Shown one piece after another: positions 1 through 7,288 of a stretch of 18,912 bases of DNA. The notes under the pieces are model-generated. The model saw nothing but the letters and a program-made list of their open reading frames with translations, ran no database searches and had not been told where the DNA came from. Origin of the DNA: Planctomycetota bacterium (GTDB lineage Bacteria; Planctomycetota; UBA1135); the NCBI GenBank assembly GCA_045047305.1, contig JASFYO010000066.1:1-18912 (forward strand). Reading direction: 5' to 3'. Made by a program: the position numbers and the translations under genes. Position 1 is the first letter of the stretch, and each line of letters starts with the position of its first letter.

Positions 1-27
1 CCTTTTTTTCTTTTTGGCTTTGGCCAT
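1..27 (-). CDS. 5' end of the gene downstream of dnaJ (MAKAKKKKR...), probably nucleotide exchange factor GrpE; runs off the window
   Basis: ATG at 27-25 lies 9 nt after the dnaJ stop and the frame is open to the window edge. The GrpE identity is inferred only from the usual groEL-dnaJ-grpE order. Confidence 0.4.
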
Positions 28-36
28 GACTTAAAC

Positions 37-1152
37 CTATTTCTTTACCTTCTTGGTCTTTTTCTCTTCAAGTTCGCGCAGTTTTTTGACTAAGCTTTTT
101 TGCTCGCGCGTTAGCTTGCTTGGAACTTCGACATAGACTCGAACCAATAAATCGCCACGTGCGCCGCCGTGGAGGCGAGGCAGGCCTTGACCGCTGATAC
201 GGAACAGCTTTCCGCTAGGGGTCGCGGAAGGGATGCTCATGCGAGCCTCTCCATCGAGGGTTTCCACGATGATTTTGTCACCCAAAACTGCTTGCGGCCA
301 ACTTAGTCCGACCTCGGTGTAAAGGTCGCGCCCATCGCGATGAAAGCCTTCTTGCTCGGCGACGTGTACCTCAACAAAAAGATCTCCATCTGGGGCGCCG
401 CCGCGGCCTGATTCGCCCTGACCACCTAGCCGAATTTGCGCACCATCTTCGATTCCTGCTGGAATCCGAACTTCAATCTCACGTTCTTTTTGTGCTAAGC
501 CTTGGCCCCTGCAGGTGCCACACGGCTTAGATATGACAGTGCCTTCTCCTTGGCAGCGTGGGCAGGCGGTGCGCACAGCAAAGAAGCCTTGCTGCTGGTG
601 AACCGAACCTTGTCCGCCGCAGCCGCTGCAAGTTTCTTTGACCCCACCAGGGGCGGCGCCGCTGCCTTCACAGGAACCGCAAGTCTCATTACGACGCAAT
701 GCCAGGGTGCGTTCGGTGCCGTTCAGTACCTCTTGCATGGAGATTTCCACTGCCGCGCGCAAACTGCGACCAGGTTTGCCCTGACTGCGCCCGCGACCTC
801 CGCCCATGCCGAATAGTGATTCGAAAATGCTGCCACCGCCACCGCCACCACGACCGCCGAAGATGTCACCGAACTGGGAGAAGATGTCGCCAAAATCGAC
901 AGCCGGTCCACCTGCACCGCCAGGTCCACTCCCAACCCCTGCATGGCCGAAGCGGTCATATTGTGCCCGCTTGTCACGATCAGAAAGTATCCCATAAGCC
1001 TCAGTGGCTTCCTTGAACTTATCTGATGCGCCTTCGTCCTTGTTGCGGTCAGGGTGGAATTTCAGCGCCAGCTTACGGTACGCCGATTTGATATCGGTGT
1101 CGGACGCATCGCGCCCGACACCGAGGATTTCGTAGTAATCGCGCTGACTCAC
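37..1152 (-). CDS. dnaJ: Molecular chaperone DnaJ (class A)
   Basis: N-terminal J domain (DYYEILGV...KFHPDRN, HPD motif), G/F-rich linker, four CxxCxGxG zinc-finger repeats ([32 protein letters not shown]) and C-terminal substrate-binding domain. GTG start. Confidence 0.97.
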   Translation of the reverse strand: MSQRDYYEILGVGRDASDTDIKSAYRKLALKFHPDRNKDEGASDKFKEATEAYGILSDRDKRAQYDRFGHAGVGSGPGGAGGPAVDFGDIFSQFGDIFGGRGGGGGGSIFESLFGMGGGRGRSQGKPGRSLRAAVEISMQEVLNGTERTLALRRNETCGSCEGSGAAPGGVKETCSGCGGQGSVHQQQGFFAVRTACPRCQGEGTVISKPCGTCRGQGLAQKEREIEVRIPAGIEDGAQIRLGGQGESGRGGAPDGDLFVEVHVAEQEGFHRDGRDLYTEVGLSWPQAVLGDKIIVETLDGEARMSIPSATPSGKLFRISGQGLPRLHGGARGDLLVRVYVEVPSKLTREQKSLVKKLRELEEKKTKKVKK

Positions 1153-1158
1153 GGATTA

Positions 1159-2772
1159 TCAGGCAATAGCGCCAGCGATGGCGCCTTCCTGCTCGTCTTT
1201 GACGTCGGTGACCAAAGTGTTGGTGGTAAGCAGCAATCCGGCAATGGAGCCTGAGTTCTGCAATGCCACGCGTACCACTTTTGCAGGATCTAGGATGCCA
1301 GCTTTGCCCATGTCGACACATTTGCCCGCAAGTGCATCAAAACCTTTCCAACCCTGTAGTTCAAGCACATCTTCGACCACCACGCTGCCATCGAAGCCAG
1401 CGTTTTCAGCGATGGTAAAGCAAGGCTTGCGCAGTGCTTTGGCAACTAATTCGACACCGAGTTTCTCGTCGCCACGCGCTTTCTTGCTGATGGCTTCGAC
1501 GGCGGTGATGGAACGAAGAAGTGCAGTACCGCCACCAGGGACGATGCCTTCTTCCTTGGCAGCACGGGTTGCAGCGAGTGCATCCTCGACACGGTGCTTG
1601 CGCTCTTTCAATACGGCTTCGGTCGAACCGCCAACTTTGATGACAGCGACACCGCCGGACATCTTGGCCAAGCGCTCTTCCAACTTTTCCGTGTCGTAAG
1701 AGGAGGTTGAGCGCTCAATTTGCGCCTCGATTTGAGAGACGCGCTCCTTGATGGCTTTCTTCGAGCCAGCACCACCAACCAAGATCGTGCGGTCTTTCTC
1801 CACCGAAATTTTCTTCACCGAACCGAGTTCCGCGAGAGTCACTTCGGACAACTTTTGGCCGGTTTCATCCATGATGGCGGTGCCACCAGTGAGCACGGCG
1901 ATGTCGCCGAGCATAGCCTTGCGACGATCGCCAAAACCAGGAGCCTTGATCGCACAGACATTCATGATGCCGCGCAACTTGTTGACCACCAAAGCAGCTA
2001 ATGCCTCACCTTCGATATCTTCAGCGATGATGAAAAGTGGTTTACCGGTCTGCGAAGCGAGTTCCAGCACAGGGAGAAACTCCTGCAAGTTGGAAATTTT
2101 CTTCTCGTGGATGAGCACCATGGCATCTTCCATCTCCGCGGTCATTTTGCTTAGATCGGTTACGAAGTACGGCGAGAGGAATCCCTTGTCGAGGCTCATG
2201 CCATCGACATAATCCAATTGGGTCTCAATGCCATCGCCTTCTTCGAGGGTGATGACGCCTTGTTTGCCGGCCTTATCTACAGCATCGGCAAGAATCTCAC
2301 CAATTGCGTGGTCGTGGTTGGCGGAGATGGTGGCAACACGTGCGATATCTTCGCGGCCCTTGACCTTCTTGGACAAAGCTTCAATCGACTCAACTGCAGC
2401 TTTCACAGCCATGTCGATGCCATTGCGCAATGCGGTTGGGCTTGCACCAGCGGCCATGTAACGTAAGCCAAGGCGTACGATTTCGGCGGCGAGAACAGTC
2501 GCGGTGGTGGTGCCGTCGCCTGCTTCGTCATTGGTTTTGGATGCAACCTCACGAATCAACTTGACTCCGAGGTTTTCGAACGGGTCTTCCACTTCGACAT
2601 CCTTAGCAACTGAAACACCGTCTTTGGTGACAACAGGTGCGCCGAAGGATTTCTCCAGGATGACGTTGCGGCCGGCAGGGCCGAGGGTGACCGACACAGT
2701 GCGTGCCAGTGTTTCGATGCCTGCGTACAGTTTTTCGCGGGCTTTATCGTCGAACAGGATTTGCTTGGACAT
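1159..2772 (-). CDS. groL: Chaperonin GroEL (second copy in the operon), 537 aa
   Basis: Motifs TLGPAGRNV, VTKDGVSVA, AGDGTTTATVLA, KAPGFGDRRK, GGVAVIKVG, EEGIVPGGG and GILDPAKV. Confidence 0.97.
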   Translation of the reverse strand: MSKQILFDDKAREKLYAGIETLARTVSVTLGPAGRNVILEKSFGAPVVTKDGVSVAKDVEVEDPFENLGVKLIREVASKTNDEAGDGTTTATVLAAEIVRLGLRYMAAGASPTALRNGIDMAVKAAVESIEALSKKVKGREDIARVATISANHDHAIGEILADAVDKAGKQGVITLEEGDGIETQLDYVDGMSLDKGFLSPYFVTDLSKMTAEMEDAMVLIHEKKISNLQEFLPVLELASQTGKPLFIIAEDIEGEALAALVVNKLRGIMNVCAIKAPGFGDRRKAMLGDIAVLTGGTAIMDETGQKLSEVTLAELGSVKKISVEKDRTILVGGAGSKKAIKERVSQIEAQIERSTSSYDTEKLEERLAKMSGGVAVIKVGGSTEAVLKERKHRVEDALAATRAAKEEGIVPGGGTALLRSITAVEAISKKARGDEKLGVELVAKALRKPCFTIAENAGFDGSVVVEDVLELQGWKGFDALAGKCVDMGKAGILDPAKVVRVALQNSGSIAGLLLTTNTLVTDVKDEQEGAIAGAIA

Positions 2773-2802
2773 GATGTTTACCTTTGCTCTTATTGTTCAG
2801 GA

Positions 2803-3117
2803 CTAGCCTTGAATCTTGGCGAGGATTTCGTCGGCGCGCAGAATCTTGTAATCCTGGCCTTCAAACTCAATCTCGTTTCCGGAGTACTTGCCGTAGACGA
2901 CGACATCGCCAACTGCAACGGAGAGTTCCATACGCTTGCCATCTTTGTCCAAACGGCCGGCTCCAATCGCGACGACATCGCCACGCATGGGAGCTTCTTG
3001 GGCCGAATCTGGCAGCACAATGCCACTTGCGCTAACCGTCTCAGCGACTGCAGGACGCACTAGCACGCGGTCTTCGATGGGAGTGAAAGCGATCTTCTTT
3101 TTTGCGGTTTTAGCCAT
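2803..3117 (-). CDS. groS: Co-chaperonin GroES, 104 aa (start reassigned to the ATG at 3117, MAKTAKKK...)
   Basis: Motifs PIEDRVLV, mobile loop SGIVLPDSAQE, VAVGDVVVYGKYSGNE and ILRADEILA. The longer ORF (to 3195) overlaps the upstream groEL, so 3117 is the preferred start. Confidence 0.95.
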   Translation of the reverse strand: MAKTAKKKIAFTPIEDRVLVRPAVAETVSASGIVLPDSAQEAPMRGDVVAIGAGRLDKDGKRMELSVAVGDVVVYGKYSGNEIEFEGQDYKILRADEILAKIQG

Positions 3118-3130
3118 AATTCTTTTCCGC

Positions 3131-4759
3131 CTAGTGGGCGTGGCCGCCCTCCATGGCAGCAGCTGCATCGTTGTCTTCGGTTGTTGCCTCGACAATGAGG
3201 CATTCGGTAGTCATGAGAGTCGCCGCGACCGAAACCGCGTTTTCTAGAGCGGTCAAAGTAACCTTAGCTGGGTCGACGATACCCATGGCGAACAAGTCGC
3301 CGTATTCGCAAGTCAAAGCGTTGTAGCCATAACCTGCATCTTTTTCGCGCAGAATCTGACGCGCAATGACTGCACCATCTTTGCCTGCGTTCTCAGCGAT
3401 GATGCGCACTGGCTGCTCTAGGGCAGCTGCGAGCAACTCTACACCGACGCTTTCCTCACCTTCGAGGTTGAGCTTGGCTTTTTTCAAGCTTGCCGATGCG
3501 CGCAATAAAGGGACGCCGCCACCAGCAAGAATGCCGGATTCAATCGCAGCCATGGTGGCGTGCTTTGCATCCTCGTAACGGTGCTTACGTTCTTTCACTT
3601 CGGCTTCGGTTGCGCCGCCGACTTGCACTTGGGCAATGCCGCCAACCAACTTAGCCAGGCGCTCTTCCAGCTTCTCGCGATCGTAATCGGAGGTGGTCTC
3701 AGCAATCTGATTGCGAATCTGATCGCCACGAGTGGCAACGTCTTTCGCTTTACCTGCACCTTTGACGATGGTGGTGTTGTTGGAATCGATGCGCACACTT
3801 TGTGCCGTTCCCAAATCACTCAACTCAACGTTTTCGAGATCGAGCGGGTCATCCGCCATGATGGCGTTGGCGCCAGTGAGGACAGCGATGTCGCGCAACA
3901 TTTCTTTGCGACGATCGCCGTAGCCAGGAGCTTTGATGGCGACGACTTCCAAGATGCCGCGCATTTTGTTGACCACCAAAGTAGCCAGCGCTTCACCCTC
4001 GATGTCTTCCGCAATGATGACCAAGGCCTTGCCCGCTTCCTTCGCTTTCTCCAGCGCTGGAAGAAGACTCTGGATGGTGGAGATTTTTTCCTCGTGGATG
4101 AGGATCAAAGGGCGCTCGTAAACGCACTCCAAGGTCTCAGTATCGGTGGCGAAGTTTGGCGACAAGAAGCCGCGATCAAACTGCATACCTTTGACAACCT
4201 TCACTTCGGTGTCGAGACTCTTGCCTTCTTCAATGGTGATGACACCATCATTGCCGACCTCTTTGAACGCTTTGGCCAGAGTCTTGCCAATGGCGACATC
4301 GTTATTGGAGGCGATGGTCGCGACGTCGAGGATCGCAGCATTGTCCTTGACCGGTTTCGCACTCTTCTCGAGTTGCTTCTTCACATGCGCGGTGCCCTTG
4401 TGCATGCCGCGAATCAGAGCCGCTGGGTTGGCACCCACTGCAAGGTGACGTAATGCCTCGCGGTACAGGCTCCAGGCCAACAGGGTGGCTGTGGTGGTGC
4501 CATCGCCAGCACGGTCATTGGTCTTGGTCGCGGCTTGTTTGACCAGCTGGGCGCCGAGATTCTCGGAACGGTCCAGCAAATCAATGTCGCGTGCGACGGT
4601 GACGCCATCTTTGGTGATGGTCGGGCCACCCCAAGATTTGTCGAGGACGGCGCAACGGCCCTTAGGACCGAGGGTAGAGACGACAGCCTTAGCTAGTTTC
4701 TCGACGCCGTTGAGGATGGCTTCACGGGCATCGCCGTGGAAAGTCAGTTGCTTCTGCAT
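3131..4759 (-). CDS. groL: Chaperonin GroEL (first copy in the operon), 542 aa
   Basis: Motifs STLGPKGR, ITKDGVTVA, AGDGTTTAT, GMQFDRGFLSP, KAPGYGDRRK and GIVDPAKV. Confidence 0.97.
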   Translation of the reverse strand: MQKQLTFHGDAREAILNGVEKLAKAVVSTLGPKGRCAVLDKSWGGPTITKDGVTVARDIDLLDRSENLGAQLVKQAATKTNDRAGDGTTTATLLAWSLYREALRHLAVGANPAALIRGMHKGTAHVKKQLEKSAKPVKDNAAILDVATIASNNDVAIGKTLAKAFKEVGNDGVITIEEGKSLDTEVKVVKGMQFDRGFLSPNFATDTETLECVYERPLILIHEEKISTIQSLLPALEKAKEAGKALVIIAEDIEGEALATLVVNKMRGILEVVAIKAPGYGDRRKEMLRDIAVLTGANAIMADDPLDLENVELSDLGTAQSVRIDSNNTTIVKGAGKAKDVATRGDQIRNQIAETTSDYDREKLEERLAKLVGGIAQVQVGGATEAEVKERKHRYEDAKHATMAAIESGILAGGGVPLLRASASLKKAKLNLEGEESVGVELLAAALEQPVRIIAENAGKDGAVIARQILREKDAGYGYNALTCEYGDLFAMGIVDPAKVTLTALENAVSVAATLMTTECLIVEATTEDNDAAAAMEGGHAH

Positions 4760-4818
4760 GTTTTTCCCGGGTTGATTCGGGTTCAGGAAAGGAGCCGCTT
4801 GACGCGGGACCCTACTAC

Positions 4819-4835
4819 AGCAACTCTAGTGCCAA
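4819..4835 (-). promoter_or_regulatory. Sigma54 (RpoN) -24/-12 promoter of the chaperone operon
   Basis: The minus strand reads TTGGCACTAGAGTTGCT, matching TGGCAC-N5-TTGC(A/T) with exact GG-N10-GC spacing, about 60 nt upstream of the groEL ATG. Confidence 0.8.
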
Positions 4836-4874
4836 CCTCCGCGGCGAATTCCACCCCTCGGAACCCCACTAGAC

Positions 4875-4887
4875 TGCCGAATTGGCA
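4875..4887. promoter_or_regulatory. Imperfect palindrome TGCCGAATTGGCA, candidate activator (bEBP) binding site
   Basis: TGCC-N5-GGCA inverted repeat about 40 bp upstream of the sigma54 -24 element. Function is inferred. Confidence 0.35.
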
Positions 4888-6032
4888 TGAGTTTCCTTCT
4901 CACTACCCTGCTCCTCGCCTGCCAGAATCCGCAGGCTGGCCCCGAGGTCCGCATCATCACCGATGCTGGGCCGATTCAGGCAACTCTCCTGGGCTGGGAG
5001 GATGGCCATCCCTTGGTCGATGTGGATCAGCCGGTGGTGGCATGGTGGACGGTGCAGCTTCCCAACCCAGCACGGGTCCAGGCCGAGGCTTGGAATCTAG
5101 CCTTGTCGGATGGCAGTTGGCTTCCTGGGCAGCCAGTGGGGGGCGCGGAGGTGCCTACTTGGAAGCTTGCTGGCCTGCCGGAGGTCGACGCCATGGAAAT
5201 CGACACTCTTTGGCTGCAGGCATTTGGGCGGACTCGGCTACCGGGCACTGAAAAAGATCGTGATCAGTTGTGGTCACGTACGTCGAGCGGCGGCCTAGAT
5301 CGCTTACGCGGATATATGGTGGAGTGGAGTCCTGAAGGCATCGTGTTTGAGACCTCCGTGAAGGAGCGCCTAATAGCATGGGAGCAAGTGGATGCGCTTT
5401 CAGTATTTCCAGAGGAGGTGCCAGCTCAGGATGATGCGGTGTGGTTGCAGTTGGTGAACGGAGGAGTTTTGTCTGCTCGGATTTTGGGCGCCGAGAAGGG
5501 CGTATTCCACTTGGAGTTGCCGTGGGGGGCTCGTTGGGATTTGCCATTTTCGGCAGTTCATCGTTTGCGCCAGCGCCGCGGTCTGGAGGAATGGTCCACC
5601 CAAGTTTGGGAGGTGGTGGAACAGCCGCAGGCCGAAGTTTTGGACTGGACCCCACGAGCCGGAAAATCGGTAGAAGGCCGCCCGTTAAGAATCGGCGGTG
5701 CTCAAGTTTTCGCGCAAGGCATTGGCGTTCTGGCAAAAACGATTATAAGTAAAACGACGTCTTCGGCCGGGACTTTGTTGTTGACCGTTGGTGTGGATCA
5801 AGAAGTTCTGCACTTCCGTAGTCCGCAAGCGGTTTTGTTTCAAATTCTTCTGGACGGCGAACTCTTGGCTGAAAGTGAGCGCAAACACGTTGGTGAAACT
5901 GCGCAAACTATGTTGGTTCACGTCCCGCATGCTGGTCAGCTACAGCTGGTTGTCAGGCCTGCCGATGTCTTGCCTTTTGGTGCGCATGCTGATTGGTGTG
6001 ATATCGTGTGGAAGGCGTCAAAGAAGCAATAA
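4887..6032 (+). CDS. Exported (possibly lipo-) protein with a C-terminal NPCBM/NEW2 putative carbohydrate-binding domain
   Basis: N-terminus MSFLLTTLLLAC has a hydrophobic stretch and a lipobox-like LLAC. The C-terminal ~110 aa match the NPCBM pattern (KSVEGRPLRIGG..F..GIGV...VGVD...VLFQILLDGELL..S...G...QLQLVV...HADWCD). Confidence 0.75.
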   Translation: MSFLLTTLLLACQNPQAGPEVRIITDAGPIQATLLGWEDGHPLVDVDQPVVAWWTVQLPNPARVQAEAWNLALSDGSWLPGQPVGGAEVPTWKLAGLPEVDAMEIDTLWLQAFGRTRLPGTEKDRDQLWSRTSSGGLDRLRGYMVEWSPEGIVFETSVKERLIAWEQVDALSVFPEEVPAQDDAVWLQLVNGGVLSARILGAEKGVFHLELPWGARWDLPFSAVHRLRQRRGLEEWSTQVWEVVEQPQAEVLDWTPRAGKSVEGRPLRIGGAQVFAQGIGVLAKTIISKTTSSAGTLLLTVGVDQEVLHFRSPQAVLFQILLDGELLAESERKHVGETAQTMLVHVPHAGQLQLVVRPADVLPFGAHADWCDIVWKASKKQ

Positions 6033-6040
6033 ACTGGGAT

Positions 6041-7075
6041 TCAAGCCCCAGAGCTTTCTTCGCGCTTATGTCTCCGCGCAGCAGGAGGCACCACTTTTGT
6101 GTCTGCTCCAGCTGCTGTGCGGGAGTTGTTGTCATAGAAGAAGATGTCGTTCTTGCCAGCTGCTTTTGCCGCCTTTAATGCTTCATTGGTTTGTAGAAAT
6201 AAATGTCGCGGGTCGCGGGCACTGCGTCCATCGAAACTTGCAATGCCAATAGATGCATGCAGGACTTCTTTGACGTGGTCCTCGCCGATGGGGGAGTGAG
6301 ATAGCACTTGAAGAATGCGCTTTGAGACGGCAATCGTTTCCGGCATGGTGGTCGCTGGAAGAATAATTGCGAACTCATCTCCACCAATGCGAGCTGGAAT
6401 ATCAATCGAGCGCACGCATTGACGTATGGTTTCTCCTGTAGCACGCAAGGCTGTATCACCAAACTCATAGGAGTGGCTGTCATTGAGTGTTTTGAAATCA
6501 TCTAGATCCAATAGCACCAAAGTGACTGGAGCACCATGACGTTGTGCACGCTCGAACTCTTCACTTAATCGAGCGCGAAAGTGGCGGTCGTTGAACAAAC
6601 CGGTTTTGTGGTCCGTGACTAACTGGCCTTCCAGGTGTTGATTGCGGTCGCGGCTGGCGGCGAGTAATTCGTGCATGCGCACAAGATTGATCACCCGAGC
6701 CTCGGCTTCGCCCAATTCTGTTGTAGTGAACATCCAATCCGCTAATGAGGAACGCCCTGCGAGCAATTTGGAAACGGCATTCGGGTTGGCCGTTTCCCAT
6801 GGCACAATTAACCATGGGATTTCTCGGTTAGGAGACAGGTAGCGGGTCATGGTTTGCCATTCCACGCCATCTCGCAACAACGTGAGCGGGTAGATCAAGG
6901 CGATATCAATCCGGCCGCGTAGTAGATTTTTCGTTTCCCCCAAGTTGGCCGAAACTCGAACTTCCCATCCTCGCTCTTGGAAATAAGCGACTAGGGCGTC
7001 CATAGGCTCTCCGCGGTGGTTTAGGACCGCGAGTACCTTGGTTTCTGGCTTGGAGGTTGAGGAAAGGGGGGACAC
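6041..7075 (-). CDS. Diguanylate cyclase (GGDEF) with a degenerate receiver-like N-terminal domain
   Basis: Motifs TDHKTGLFN, LLDLDDFKTLNDSHSYEFGD, RSID I-site, intact GGDEF (6385-6371), ASIGIA and AKAAGKN. GTG start with AAGGAG at 7090-7085. Confidence 0.92.
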   Translation of the reverse strand: MSPLSSTSKPETKVLAVLNHRGEPMDALVAYFQERGWEVRVSANLGETKNLLRGRIDIALIYPLTLLRDGVEWQTMTRYLSPNREIPWLIVPWETANPNAVSKLLAGRSSLADWMFTTTELGEAEARVINLVRMHELLAASRDRNQHLEGQLVTDHKTGLFNDRHFRARLSEEFERAQRHGAPVTLVLLDLDDFKTLNDSHSYEFGDTALRATGETIRQCVRSIDIPARIGGDEFAIILPATTMPETIAVSKRILQVLSHSPIGEDHVKEVLHASIGIASFDGRSARDPRHLFLQTNEALKAAKAAGKNDIFFYDNNSRTAAGADTKVVPPAARRHKREESSGA

Positions 7076-7081
7076 GTCTGA

Positions 7082-7116
7082 GAACTCCTTATGAAGAATA
7101 CCACCTATAGGAGTTC
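7082..7116 (-). promoter_or_regulatory. Inverted repeat covering the diguanylate cyclase Shine-Dalgarno sequence
   Basis: GAACTCCT (7082-7089) and AGGAGTTC (7109-7116) are perfect reverse complements. On the minus-strand mRNA, CUCCU pairs with the AGGAG SD. Confidence 0.5.
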
Positions 7117-7151
7117 GCTTTTGGAAATCGTGAGCAATAATCGGAGCTGGA

Positions 7152-7179
7152 TTGACCTGCGGGAATCGAGGGATACAAT
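7152..7179 (+). promoter_or_regulatory. Sigma70-type promoter of the rpsB operon
   Basis: TTGACC (7152-7157), 16-nt spacer, TACAAT (7174-7179), about 110 nt upstream of the rpsB ATG. Confidence 0.75.
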
Positions 7180-7186
7180 ATGCGGC

Positions 7187-7261
7187 TCATTCTCATGCAC
7201 TTTGTGCGGAGGATGAATTAAGACATCACGGGAGGGCCTGCTACAAGGTCTTTTTTGCCCG
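7187..7261 (+). promoter_or_regulatory. Structured rpsB 5' leader (two hairpins), candidate S2 autoregulatory element
   Basis: Hairpin 1 at 7187-7216: TCATTCTC..GCAC-TTT-GTGC..GAGGATGA. Hairpin 2 at 7229-7261: CGGG-A-GGGCCT-GCTACA-AGGTCT..CCCG. The leader begins at the predicted transcription start. rpsB leaders are established autoregulatory sites. Confidence 0.5.
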
Positions 7262-7288
7262 AAAACCTAACCTTAACAAGGAAAAAGC

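Noticed and set aside
829..850. GCCACC/GCC repeat run inside dnaJ
   Set aside because: It encodes the ordinary glycine-rich G/F linker and is not a separate repeat element.
3118..3195. N-terminal extension of GroES in the ORF track; likewise the extensions of the methyltransferase (to 16789) and PKS (to 17834)
   Set aside because: Each overlaps the upstream gene. Downstream ATGs give typical protein lengths and tight operon junctions.
3560..4453. 297-aa plus-strand ORF and other long ORFs antisense to the two groEL genes and dnaJ
   Set aside because: They lie wholly opposite conserved genes and show no recognisable motifs. Such shadow ORFs are expected from biased codon usage.
4809..4835. 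Possible CIRCE (HrcA operator), since TTGGCACTA resembles the left arm TTAGCACTC
   Set aside because: The right arm GAGTGCTAA is absent 9 nt downstream. The sequence fits a sigma54 promoter much better.
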